Below are positions 10,903 to 20,462 of a stretch of 64,000 nucleotides of DNA, in pieces. The translations under genes were made by a program, and so were the position numbers. The notes under the pieces are model-generated. The model saw only the letters and a program-made list of their open reading frames with translations. It searched no databases and was not told the DNA's origin. Source of the stretch: Opitutales bacterium (GTDB lineage Bacteria; Verrucomicrobiota; Verrucomicrobiia; Opitutales; PNEW01); contig CBDANS010000007.1 in NCBI GenBank assembly GCA_965197745.1, positions 1,248,001 to 1,312,000 on the forward strand, given 5' to 3'. Positions within the stretch are counted from its first letter, which is position 1; every line of letters begins with the position of its first letter.

Positions 10903-12026
10903 GTAACTTTTTAATATCCTGTGGTGGTACGGGTGGACATTTAGCTCCCGGTATTTCGCTCGCCGAGCGTTTAATTGAGCATGGTCACCAGTGTTGGCTT
11001 ATCATCAGCAAAAAAGAAGTGGATTCACGTTTAACAAGGGACTATCCTCAACTGGACTTTGTGCGAGCACCCGGAGCAGCATTCTCCTTTAATCCATGGC
11101 GCTTCGTAAAATTTTTTATACAGCAGTTTCAGTTGCTCTTATTTTCATTTAGACTTTTGCGTAAAACCCGTCCTGATACGATAGTGGCCTTTGGTGGGTT
11201 TACTTCTGTTGGCATTGCCATAGCTGGATTTATTCGCGGTTGTCCGGTAGCGATACATGAAGCTAATCGAAAACCTGGGAAAGCCACCCGCTATCTGCGA
11301 AGTTTGGCCAATCGCTTATACCTCCCTGAAGGAGTGCAATTAGCAGGTGTTCCCCTCCAGTCCATTAAACACTTTGGTTACCCATTGCGTAAGGGGATTC
11401 GACGTCTGCCCAAAGAATCGGCTCGTAGAAAAATGGGAATAGATGTTAAAGGTAAATTACTGGTTATTATGGGTGGCAGTCAGGGTGCCCAGGCCTTGAA
11501 CGAGTGGGTCAACATGCATTTCGAAAAACTGGGTGCTGAAGGGATCAGCGTTTACTGCGTAACCGGTTTGGGAAAAGGGAACAACGGTGTCTTTGAATAC
11601 CGCTCGGATAATGGTGAAGCGGTCAAAGCTTATTACACAACCTTTTGCGATAACATGGGTCACCTGCTGTCATCCGCAGACCTTGTTCTTTCCCGCGCCG
11701 GGGCGGGTTCGATTGCCGAATTAGTGCAATGCCATGTTCCATCGGCACTCGTCCCATACCCCTATGCTACGGACAATCACCAACTGGCAAATGCACGATT
11801 CCTGGAACAGTTGGGGTGTAGTGTAACAATAGAACAGGAGAATATGGGTGATCTTTTTGGTGAAGTGATTGAGCTCATTTATAACGATTGGCTTTTAGAC
11901 AAATTCCGTCAAAACCTTCAACGTTTAAACCGGGGGAATGGGGCGGAGCTTATCGCCAATGATCTTGAAGTAATCTGTGAAGAACATATCCGGAAACATC
12001 GACCCAAGGAAGAAGTGTCAGCATGA
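10899..12026 (+). CDS. murG: Lipid II GlcNAc transferase
   Basis: GGTGGH, HEAN, GGSQGA, SRAGA, HQxxNA. Confidence 0.96.
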   Translation: MSNFLISCGGTGGHLAPGISLAERLIEHGHQCWLIISKKEVDSRLTRDYPQLDFVRAPGAAFSFNPWRFVKFFIQQFQLLLFSFRLLRKTRPDTIVAFGGFTSVGIAIAGFIRGCPVAIHEANRKPGKATRYLRSLANRLYLPEGVQLAGVPLQSIKHFGYPLRKGIRRLPKESARRKMGIDVKGKLLVIMGGSQGAQALNEWVNMHFEKLGAEGISVYCVTGLGKGNNGVFEYRSDNGEAVKAYYTTFCDNMGHLLSSADLVLSRAGAGSIAELVQCHVPSALVPYPYATDNHQLANARFLEQLGCSVTIEQENMGDLFGEVIELIYNDWLLDKFRQNLQRLNRGNGAELIANDLEVICEEHIRKHRPKEEVSA

Positions 12027-14332
12027 GAAATATATACATGATTGGCATTGGGGGAATGGGCATGGCGCCGCTCGCACTCTATTTACAAAAAGGCGGTTAT
12101 CTTATCAGTGGATACGACGATAATATCAGTGAACCTGTTCGCTCTCTTCTTCTCGAACACGAAGTAAATGTATTTTCCGAAACCGAGTTAAGCGATGAGA
12201 TAGAAGGGGTTGTCTACTCGAGCGCAGTGGCCAGGAACCATCCCTGTTACGAGGCGGCCTGCGTACGCGGGGTGCCATTATTGAAACGAGGTTCAATGCT
12301 CGCCCGTGCCGTAGCTGATAAGAAACTCATCGCCGTCGTCGGCAGTCACGGCAAAACAACCACTGCGGGCATGCTTATTTCTGCTCTTGAAAAAGAAAGT
12401 TTTAAATTTGGCTATATCCTGGGGGCCTTATTTAAAAATAATAGCAGCATGCCTGCGCGTTATGACAAAAATAGTGAATGGGTAATAGCGGAGATTGATG
12501 AGAGTGATGGAACAATAAATGAGTTTTCACCGGAAATAACGCTGACTACTAACCTCGATTGGGATCATCCCGATCAATATCCAGATCCGGGTGAGTTAGA
12601 AGATACCTTTGGTAGACTTTTTCAGCGCACTAAAAAAGCTGTTTTTTTCCCCTCTTGTAACAATTTATTTAAGCAACTGCCTGAAAATAATATTACCTGT
12701 GAGTTAATCAGATTTGGTGAAGGAGGCGATTATGCGGGTAATATATTGGAAGCTGACTGCCAGAGTATATTATTAAAATTAGAAGGCCGGTCTGATAAGC
12801 ATGAAGTAAAGGTGCCGGCGCCTGGTAACTTTAATGCCGCCAATGCCCTGGGTGCTCTCGCTGTCACGCATTATCTTACAGCGCATCTCAACATTAATAC
12901 CCTCAGTTCTTTTCCCGGCATTGTGCGTCGCCAGACGATTCTATATAATAGCCCTCAATTACTTATTTATGAAGATTATGCGCATCACCCTGGAGAGATT
13001 GCGGCGCTGATTGATTTTATCCGTGAATCATATTCCGGTTTTCGGGTAATCGTTGTCTTCCAACCCCATCGCTACACACGCACGCTTCAATACAAGGAGG
13101 CATTTGCCCAAGCCCTCAAAAAAGCGGATGTCATTTTCTTAATGGATGTTTATCCCGCGAATGAAAATCCAATCGAGGGGGGGGCAAGTATTGATCTTTT
13201 AAAGCTTCTGCCTGAGGTTTCCCCACCTAAAATATTAACCGATGTTGATGAGCTCGATGACAGTATCTCGAGTCAATTAATAGATCCAAGTGTCTTACTC
13301 TTTATCGGAGCGGGAGATATATCGCAGTGGGCTGAAATATACGTGTCGAGGAAAGCGAAGCAAACACCTGAAAAGGTTAAGAGAAAAAAGACATCAACTA
13401 GAGATGAAAAATGGTGGGAAAACATATCTCAGAATTTCAATTCGGAGACACGGTTGTCCTGTTTTGAACCATTAGCTGACAAAACAACAATACGCGTGGG
13501 AGGAAGCACACGGTACTATGCTGAACCGGCATCAGAGAATGATCTGTCGCTCCTTATTAAAGAAGCAAAAAAAAATAGGGTTGCCCTTTTTTTTATTGGC
13601 CGTGGATCAAACCTTATCGTCCCGGACGAAGGTTTTCAGGGGCTGGTCATACGGCTCAACCACAAGTATTGGAAACAAATAAAATCCCTCGGTGAAGGTC
13701 GGCTTTGGGTGGGAGCCGGGGTGCGTTTAAAAAGGATTTGCGGGGAATCGGTCAAACTGGGCATGGGTGGCTTCGAGTTTCTCGAAGGCATACCCGGGAC
13801 ATTGGGAGGATCCCTGCGTATGAATGCGGGTGCCATGGGAGGATGGATGTTTGACATCGTGGAATCGGTGCACCGTGTAACGCTTGACGGCACCTTGGAA
13901 AAATTAAGTCGTGAAGATATCCATGTCGGTTACCGGGAATGTGAAGAGTTGAAAGAGGCAATAGCGATTGGGGCGATTTTACGCGCCACTTCAAGCGCTG
14001 AGGCAGGGGCCATTAGGGAGAAGGTTGAATCGTTCTCCAGCTTGCGCAAGGAGAGCCAGCCACGCGAGCCAAGCGCAGGGTGTATTTTTAAAAACCCGAA
14101 AGGGGGTTACGCCGGACAGCTCATTGATGAATTGGGCTTAAAAGGAAAACAGATAGGAGCCGCTCAAGTATCAAATATACATGGAAATTTTATAATTAAC
14201 AAGGGGGGCGCAACGAGCAGAGATGTAATTTCATTGATAAAAGAAGTTCGCCAAGAGGTTAAAATACATAGGGGTTTTGAATTGCAGCCCGAAGTTCTCC
14301 TGATGGGCAAGAATTGGAGCGAGGTGTTATGA
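12023..14332 (+). CDS. murC: Fused MurC (UDP-MurNAc--L-Ala ligase) / MurB (UDP-GlcNAc-enolpyruvate reductase)
   Basis: N-part GIGGMGM, GSHGKTTT, EIDESD, DYAHHP, FQPHRY; C-part GRGSN, GIPGTLGG, MNAG, SAGCIFKNP, HGNFIIN in one ORF. Confidence 0.95.
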   Translation: MRNIYMIGIGGMGMAPLALYLQKGGYLISGYDDNISEPVRSLLLEHEVNVFSETELSDEIEGVVYSSAVARNHPCYEAACVRGVPLLKRGSMLARAVADKKLIAVVGSHGKTTTAGMLISALEKESFKFGYILGALFKNNSSMPARYDKNSEWVIAEIDESDGTINEFSPEITLTTNLDWDHPDQYPDPGELEDTFGRLFQRTKKAVFFPSCNNLFKQLPENNITCELIRFGEGGDYAGNILEADCQSILLKLEGRSDKHEVKVPAPGNFNAANALGALAVTHYLTAHLNINTLSSFPGIVRRQTILYNSPQLLIYEDYAHHPGEIAALIDFIRESYSGFRVIVVFQPHRYTRTLQYKEAFAQALKKADVIFLMDVYPANENPIEGGASIDLLKLLPEVSPPKILTDVDELDDSISSQLIDPSVLLFIGAGDISQWAEIYVSRKAKQTPEKVKRKKTSTRDEKWWENISQNFNSETRLSCFEPLADKTTIRVGGSTRYYAEPASENDLSLLIKEAKKNRVALFFIGRGSNLIVPDEGFQGLVIRLNHKYWKQIKSLGEGRLWVGAGVRLKRICGESVKLGMGGFEFLEGIPGTLGGSLRMNAGAMGGWMFDIVESVHRVTLDGTLEKLSREDIHVGYRECEELKEAIAIGAILRATSSAEAGAIREKVESFSSLRKESQPREPSAGCIFKNPKGGYAGQLIDELGLKGKQIGAAQVSNIHGNFIINKGGATSRDVISLIKEVRQEVKIHRGFELQPEVLLMGKNWSEVL

Positions 14333-15261
14333 AGGATATGCGAATAGTTGTTTTATGCGGGGGCATATCAAGGGAACGAGAAGTGTCCCTGGAATCGGGG
14401 AGGGACGTAACTGAAGCATTAAAAAAGAATTATACCGTTGAGTGTTTTGATATTATTGATCGGTCATTACCATCAAATCTCGACCCCAGACGGGATGTTG
14501 CATTTTTAACATCACATGGAACATTTGGTGAAGACGGCGGCATTCAAGAATTGCTTGAGAAGGGCAATTACATCTACGCAGGTAGTAATCCTGAATCAAG
14601 CCGTCTTTGTTTCAATAAAAAGGAAACAAAGGCACGGGTGGCAACTGCTGGAATTCTTGTCGCAGATGATTTAGAAGCTGAGACATCTGAACTGCCGGCA
14701 GCTACTGACGTTGTTGACAGGCTTGGCAATAGCGTAGTCGTCAAACCGGTCTGCGGGGGCAGTAGTATCGGCGTTTCGTTCGCAGAAGATGAAGAGATAC
14801 TCAGTGATCTCCTCGCGAATCTCGAATCAGGAAATTGGCTTTTTGAAAAAAAAATAAAAGGAAGAGAAATTTCAATCGGTGTTCTCGAAGGTGAAGGAAT
14901 GGGTCTCGTTGAAGTCTTACCCAAAGGTGGAATTTACGATTATAAACACAAGTATGAAGGGGGGATGACAGACTATCGTTACCCGGCCGAAGTCGGAGCC
15001 GCTATGGAGAGAGAAATTCGCGAATCCGCGGTACGCGCATTTGATGTCTGTGGGTGTCGTGATTTTATTCGCGTGGACTTTATGATCTCAGAATCAGATG
15101 AATGCTATTTTCTGGAAATCAATACTCTTCCTGGTCTGACTTCTACCAGTCTTCTGCGTAAAAGTGCCTCCTGTCTGGGATTCGATTACCCTCAACTCGC
15201 GCAAAAGCTGGTGGCTCCGGCGATCACCAGATTTGAATCTTCAGGAGGTCTTTCCTCATGA
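14329..15261 (+). CDS. ddl: D-alanine--D-alanine ligase
   Basis: GGISREREVSL, HGTFGEDG, GGSSIG, YDYKHKY, EINTLPG; start at ATG 14329 overlapping the upstream stop. Confidence 0.95.
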   Translation: MKDMRIVVLCGGISREREVSLESGRDVTEALKKNYTVECFDIIDRSLPSNLDPRRDVAFLTSHGTFGEDGGIQELLEKGNYIYAGSNPESSRLCFNKKETKARVATAGILVADDLEAETSELPAATDVVDRLGNSVVVKPVCGGSSIGVSFAEDEEILSDLLANLESGNWLFEKKIKGREISIGVLEGEGMGLVEVLPKGGIYDYKHKYEGGMTDYRYPAEVGAAMEREIRESAVRAFDVCGCRDFIRVDFMISESDECYFLEINTLPGLTSTSLLRKSASCLGFDYPQLAQKLVAPAITRFESSGGLSS

Positions 15262-16190
15262 CTAAAAGTATAGAGAAGAAGCAAAATGCGAAAAGCTGGC
15301 GTACCATTCACCAGATCGGTGGACGACAGGCCGTAACCGCTATTGCGAGGAAACGCCGATTTATGGCACAAGTCAAAGTGTGCGGATACATTCTAATCCT
15401 TTTAGTTACAGCTGGCGGGTTCGCTTACAGTATTAATTTCTTCCGCTCTAATCACAACCAGATTTTGTTAGCCGGGCCATCTTCTCCCGTGCGAAGGATT
15501 GTTTTTCAAAGCGACGGAGTCCTGAACCAGGATTGGTTTGAGAAAAATATACCCTGGTTACGGGAAAAAGAAATTTTTGAAGTAGATATTTTTGCGATTA
15601 AAACCCTCTTAGAGATGAAGGGACAAATCTCATCAGCCAATGTTACAAGAAGATTTCCAGATGAACTGATAATAGAAGTAAAAGAACGAGAGCCAATTTT
15701 ACGGGCGCGGGTGCCGGGAAATAAAGGAAAGATCAAGGAGGTAATGATAGCTCGGGATGGAGTTGTTTATTTTGGTGAATATTATTCTCGCACCAGTTAT
15801 CAGGAATTACCTTATCTGGGAGGGATACGATTTAAAAAAGAAAATGGGCATATCAATTCACTCCACGGTATGGATATAGTGGCTGAACTGCTGGATTCCG
15901 CTCGTTTGAGGTACCCCAGTATATATCAATCATGGCGGGTGGTCTCCTGCGAGCATTTTGATGGGCTCAAAGATTTTTCCGGTGAGTTTATAAAAATCCG
16001 CAGCCGTGATATTCAGGAAATAATATTTACCCCTACCGACTTTGATCGACAGCTCGACCAGCTCGCGCGAATTATGAAGATTTCAAAGCAAAAAAACGCA
16101 AACGAAATTAAACGAATAGACCTCACCATGATCGATCAGGTGGCCGTGCAATTTATACCGTACTCACGACCTGGAAAATTCAGAAATTAA
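15258..16190 (+). CDS. ftsQ: FtsQ/DivIB POTRA-domain protein
   Basis: Single TM, RRFPDELIIEVKER motif, C-terminal IDL; between ddl and ftsA. Confidence 0.85.
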   Translation: MTKSIEKKQNAKSWRTIHQIGGRQAVTAIARKRRFMAQVKVCGYILILLVTAGGFAYSINFFRSNHNQILLAGPSSPVRRIVFQSDGVLNQDWFEKNIPWLREKEIFEVDIFAIKTLLEMKGQISSANVTRRFPDELIIEVKEREPILRARVPGNKGKIKEVMIARDGVVYFGEYYSRTSYQELPYLGGIRFKKENGHINSLHGMDIVAELLDSARLRYPSIYQSWRVVSCEHFDGLKDFSGEFIKIRSRDIQEIIFTPTDFDRQLDQLARIMKISKQKNANEIKRIDLTMIDQVAVQFIPYSRPGKFRN

Positions 16191-16217
16191 ATATTAACTG
16201 CGAACTCAGATTAATCT

Positions 16218-17423
16218 ATGAACGATAATAAAATTATTGGAGCGGTTGAAATAGGGGGCTCCAAAGTGGTCGTAATGGTTGGAGAAATCGTCAACGGACG
16301 AAGCCTGAACATTATCGGGATGGGCCAGTCAACCTCGATGGGGGTGAAAAAAGGGGAGATCACTGATTTTCGGGCTGCCAGTGATTGTACCCACGCCGCA
16401 ATTATTGCCGCTGAAAAAAACGCGGGGGCTACTATTGAAGGTATCTATCTCGCGCAGACGGGTAGACATCTTGAGGGATTTTCCAATAAAAGTTCAATTA
16501 CCGTCAGCTCTCCAGATGGCCTGGTACGACAGGTTGATATTCAAAACATCGTTGATAATGCGAAGCGTAAAGAATTACCGCAAGGACGCGTCTATATTCA
16601 TCATATTCAATGTGGCTATCACCTGGATGGGAGGGTCATTGGGGATCCCCATACGATGCAAGGCGATGAACTCGAAGTCGCTTACTGGCATGTTCAAGGG
16701 GATGAAAAAAAGGTAAGTGATCATATTCATGTCATAAACGGTTTTGGTTTAAAAGTGGAAGATATGATAATTTCCAGCATCGCTTCCGGGTGCATGGTTG
16801 CCAGCGATGAAGAAAAGCAAAATGGAGTGCTCGTTTTGGACATCGGTTGTAATACTACGGATTATGCTCTCTATCGCAACGGGCATATTATGAGGACCGG
16901 CGTACTGAGCGTAGGTGGCGATCATTTAACGAATGATTTGTGCCTGGGGCTTCGCATTAACAAACAACAGGCGGAGAAACTGAAACTGGAATACGGAAAA
17001 GCCATTGTTGATAGTGAAGATAAAGATGAGAAGGTTTGGCTTTTCGGCGATCTGACAATTGGTGATCGCCCCATACCGCGAATGGCTATTTATCAGATTA
17101 TTAAGGCAAGAGTTGATGAACTCTTCGGGATTATAAAAAAAGAATTAGTGGAATTTATGGATGCCCGGGATTTAGCCGGGGGTATTATATTGACCGGTGG
17201 TGTTTCGCGCCTGTCAAAAATTGCTGATGCCGCAACACGCCAATTAGGAGTGCCGACGAGAATTGGAGAAAACCCCTCCTGGGTAAGGGATGATTTACGA
17301 AAACCCGAGTACAGCACCGTCCTCGGTCTCCTCTACTATGGGCTTACCGCGCAAAATTCAGAAGATCAGAGTAAAAAGGAGACCGGACTTTTTCAAAAAG
17401 TAGTCAATATATTCAACCTGTAA
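16218..17423 (+). CDS. ftsA: Cell division protein FtsA
   Basis: EIGGSK, LDIG, VGGDHLTND, ILTGG, C-terminal amphipathic helix (LFQKVVNIF). Confidence 0.95.
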   Translation: MNDNKIIGAVEIGGSKVVVMVGEIVNGRSLNIIGMGQSTSMGVKKGEITDFRAASDCTHAAIIAAEKNAGATIEGIYLAQTGRHLEGFSNKSSITVSSPDGLVRQVDIQNIVDNAKRKELPQGRVYIHHIQCGYHLDGRVIGDPHTMQGDELEVAYWHVQGDEKKVSDHIHVINGFGLKVEDMIISSIASGCMVASDEEKQNGVLVLDIGCNTTDYALYRNGHIMRTGVLSVGGDHLTNDLCLGLRINKQQAEKLKLEYGKAIVDSEDKDEKVWLFGDLTIGDRPIPRMAIYQIIKARVDELFGIIKKELVEFMDARDLAGGIILTGGVSRLSKIADAATRQLGVPTRIGENPSWVRDDLRKPEYSTVLGLLYYGLTAQNSEDQSKKETGLFQKVVNIFNL

Positions 17424-17430
17424 TTCAGCG

Positions 17431-18702
17431 ATGCAAAGCGAAAATTTTGTAAACCCCAATAAGACGTTCAGTGGAGAAGTCAGTGAGGCGACATTCCGAA
17501 TCAAGATAATTGGTCTCGGGGGAGCCGGTAACAATGCCGTAGATCGGATCAAACTGGACCATCTCGATCGCGTCGATCTTGCTGTCGTTAATACTGACAG
17601 TAAGGTTTTGAATGCGTCATTGATCGATGAAAAGGTCATGATTGGTCGAGAGATTACAAGAGGTCTCAGTGCGGGAGGTGATGCCGATATCGGCAGACGT
17701 GCCGCGGAAGCTGATCGAGAGCCTTTACTGCAGCTCGTCAACGGTATTGATATAGTATTTATTATTGCAGGATTGGGAGGAGGAACCGGAAGCGGAGCAG
17801 CGCCGATATTGGCTGAAATTGCCGCCAATCAAGGGGCATTGGTAATCGCTTTTGTTACCTTGCCTTTTACTAATGAAGGTATTCGTCGCCATAATCAGGC
17901 GGAAGATAGCCTCGCTCAACTAAGATCCGTATGTCATGCTGTTATTCCCTTGCCTAACGATATATTACTGCAGCAGGTGGAGGAGACTGCTACGGTTCTC
18001 GATGCTTTCACCCTGGCTGACGAGTGGATATACCGGGGGGTCCATTCCATATGGTCTTTGATCAATAAAACCGGGCTCATCAATGTCGATTTTGCCACTT
18101 TAAAAAATGCTTTTGAAAATCGGGGAGGGAAAACACTATTTGGTTTGGGCTACGGTGAAAAAGATAATTACGCCGATAAGGCACTCGATGATCTGAAGCT
18201 ATGCCCGTTGTTGCATACCCCTGAATTTTCACGTCGAGCAGATTCTCTCATTATAAATATAGTTGGGGGAACGGATCTTACGATTAACAAAGTGAACGAA
18301 ATTATGACCGTTGTCGGAGAACAGTTCGGGAGTAAGGATAATATCGTTCTCGGTGCGTATATTGATGAAAGCAAACAAAATAGTTTAAGTATCACCGTCC
18401 TGGGGACGACCAATCTGGATATTATGAAAAGACGATATCCAACAAATAAATCCATCTATAATCCAGTAGAGAAAAATCAGGCAAGGTCTTCAGAAAAAAA
18501 TAATGAAGAAAATTATACCCCTTCCGTGCATGCTTCCAAAAAAAATCAACACCCTAAAAAGGGAGATAAGCAGGAAGAATTTACCTTTTCCAATAATGGG
18601 GATCAACGCGGCTATTTCGATAAAACGGAGCGTAATCTGTATGATGGTGAAGATCTTGACGTGCCAACTTATCTCAGGCGGGGAATTAAAATAAATCTGT
18701 AA
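17431..18702 (+). CDS. ftsZ: Cell division protein FtsZ
   Basis: GLGGAGNN, GGGTGSG, GLINVDFA, C-terminal DVPTYLR. Confidence 0.97.
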   Translation: MQSENFVNPNKTFSGEVSEATFRIKIIGLGGAGNNAVDRIKLDHLDRVDLAVVNTDSKVLNASLIDEKVMIGREITRGLSAGGDADIGRRAAEADREPLLQLVNGIDIVFIIAGLGGGTGSGAAPILAEIAANQGALVIAFVTLPFTNEGIRRHNQAEDSLAQLRSVCHAVIPLPNDILLQQVEETATVLDAFTLADEWIYRGVHSIWSLINKTGLINVDFATLKNAFENRGGKTLFGLGYGEKDNYADKALDDLKLCPLLHTPEFSRRADSLIINIVGGTDLTINKVNEIMTVVGEQFGSKDNIVLGAYIDESKQNSLSITVLGTTNLDIMKRRYPTNKSIYNPVEKNQARSSEKNNEENYTPSVHASKKNQHPKKGDKQEEFTFSNNGDQRGYFDKTERNLYDGEDLDVPTYLRRGIKINL

Positions 18703-18786
18703 GGTTTTAGAGATTAGAGACGGATCTCCTTTTTTAGTGTTCATTTGCATTGATATAATTCTTCAAAAGCTTCTATAACAATCCGA

Positions 18787-19032
18787 GTGAAGATCATTGT
18801 TTACGTAACCCCGAAAAAAAATGTTCTCGACCCCCAGGGCGCCGCAGTAGGGCAAGCGATGAAAAGTCTTGGGCATAAGGCAGTCGCTAATGTCCGTGTG
18901 GGCAAAACCATTGAATTCGAGATTCAGGGTGAGGATACAACTGAATTTCGCGCGTCCCTTGATAAACTGTGCAATGACCTGCTCAGTAATCCTATCATCG
19001 AGGATTATCGCTACGAATTAGTCGATAATTAG
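18787..19032 (+). CDS. purS: FGAM synthase subunit PurS
   Basis: VLDPQG, VRVGK, LLSNPIIEDY; 81 aa. Confidence 0.95.
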   Translation: MKIIVYVTPKKNVLDPQGAAVGQAMKSLGHKAVANVRVGKTIEFEIQGEDTTEFRASLDKLCNDLLSNPIIEDYRYELVDN

Positions 19033-19169
19033 CGTTATGCCGGAACCTTTTCGGGATAGAACAGTCCCCCTCTATCCCATCTTCGTCTGCGTCCATTTGG
19101 GGCTTAGTCGGTGACGAAGAGGTAGACGAAGATTGAGTCCTTATTATAGTAACCTTTGATCTAGACCCC

Positions 19170-19246
19170 CTCAACGGTCACGACGGAGCGTGACCCTCCA
19201 GAAAAATAATAATAATGGAGGGACGCGCTCCGTCGCGTCCGTTGAG
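19170..19246. repeat. Inverted doublet of GGAG-tagged REP-like hairpins
   Basis: ctcaacggtcacgacggagcgtgaccctcca / AT spacer / tggagggacgcgctccgtcgcgtccgttgag; related copies at 23490-23558 and 39219-39355. Confidence 0.85.
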
Positions 19247-19386
19247 AAGTTTGAACGATAATCTCAGATTTATTCCACCCAATAGGACGAAGACGAAGAT
19301 AGGGATAGGTTTAAATACACCTCCGGTGTTCAGTCCCCGACATTAAAGCTTTACTTGCCGTCTCGACAATTTTTACCCTAAGCAAG

Positions 19387-20439
19387 ATGAGTAAACTTGA
19401 GGGCATATTTGTACCCAATATCGTTCCCTTTGACGAAAGTGGAAGAATAAATGAGGATGAATTGCGCCGCCAGACTAACTGGCTGATTGATAAAGGAGTC
19501 TCTGGGCTCTACCCCAATGGGAGTTCGGGTGAATTTATCCGGCTCAGTTTCGATGAGCGCAAGCGGATAATCGATATCATGAGCAGTGAAGTAAAGGGGC
19601 GTGTCCCTATCCTGGCAGGGGGAGCAGAAGCCAATCTGGACATGATCCTTGAAGCCTGTGAAACTTACGCTGATTACGGTTGCGCGGCTGTCTCTGTCAC
19701 CGGCCCCTACTACTACAAAGTCAGCCAGGAAAGTATTGAAGAACTCTTTCGGGAGATAGCGGCAAAATCACCGATTGGGATTGTTATGTATAATATCCCT
19801 CAGTTTTCCAATGAAATCAGCGTCCCCGTCGTCAAACGCCTGGCACTCGATTGCCCCAATATTATTGGGATTAAGGATAGCAGTCGAGACATGCCGCGGT
19901 TTATAAATACGCTTAATGAAATTAAACCTCAACGTCCTGATTTCAGCGTCCTTGTCGGGTGTGAGGAAATACTCTTCTCCACTCTTATGATGGGCGGTGA
20001 CGGAGGGACGATCGCTACCTCTGGGGTGGTCCCTGAAGCTGTAATGAAACTCTATAACTGCTTTCTCTCAAAAGAATGGGATGAAGCGAGGCGTATTCAG
20101 TTTAAGCTTTTAGATCTCATTAACACCATGCTTTATGCGCCTGATTTTCCCCATGGTTTTCGCGTTGGATACGAATTGAGAGGTTTCAATATGGGAGGAT
20201 CACGCTACGTGCTTTCTCCACGTGAGAAAGAGGAAATGGAAAATATCCGTTCAAAAGTCGCCTGCCTCCTTGCGGAGTGTGGATTTGAAGAAGCGGCTAG
20301 TAAATGTCAAACACCCCAATCGGACCTCGCGCGACCGTATCAAGGTAAAACATTAGCAGATAAACAATCCCCCTCGGGTAAGACCATTGACGTGGACAAA
20401 ATAGTGGACGAGGTGTTGCGCAGTCTGGGCAAGAAATAG
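19387..20439 (+). CDS. DHDPS/N-acetylneuraminate-lyase family class I aldolase with C-terminal encapsulation-peptide-like tail
   Basis: NGSSGEF, MYNIP, GIKDS; low-complexity linker then IDVDKIVDEVLRSL. Confidence 0.88.
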   Translation: MSKLEGIFVPNIVPFDESGRINEDELRRQTNWLIDKGVSGLYPNGSSGEFIRLSFDERKRIIDIMSSEVKGRVPILAGGAEANLDMILEACETYADYGCAAVSVTGPYYYKVSQESIEELFREIAAKSPIGIVMYNIPQFSNEISVPVVKRLALDCPNIIGIKDSSRDMPRFINTLNEIKPQRPDFSVLVGCEEILFSTLMMGGDGGTIATSGVVPEAVMKLYNCFLSKEWDEARRIQFKLLDLINTMLYAPDFPHGFRVGYELRGFNMGGSRYVLSPREKEEMENIRSKVACLLAECGFEEAASKCQTPQSDLARPYQGKTLADKQSPSGKTIDVDKIVDEVLRSLGKK

Positions 20440-20462
20440 TTTCTCTCAAAGCAGATTCTCAG

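Noticed and set aside
18710..18735. Intrinsic terminator after ftsZ
   Set aside because: T-tract present, but the stem is only 4-5 bp
1553..18750. Many 60-170-aa alternative-frame ORFs within dcw genes
   Set aside because: Fully overlap well-supported genes and have no recognisable motifs
19387..20439. Naming the aldolase dapA or nanA
   Set aside because: Family motifs do not fix the substrate; context and tail argue against housekeeping DapA
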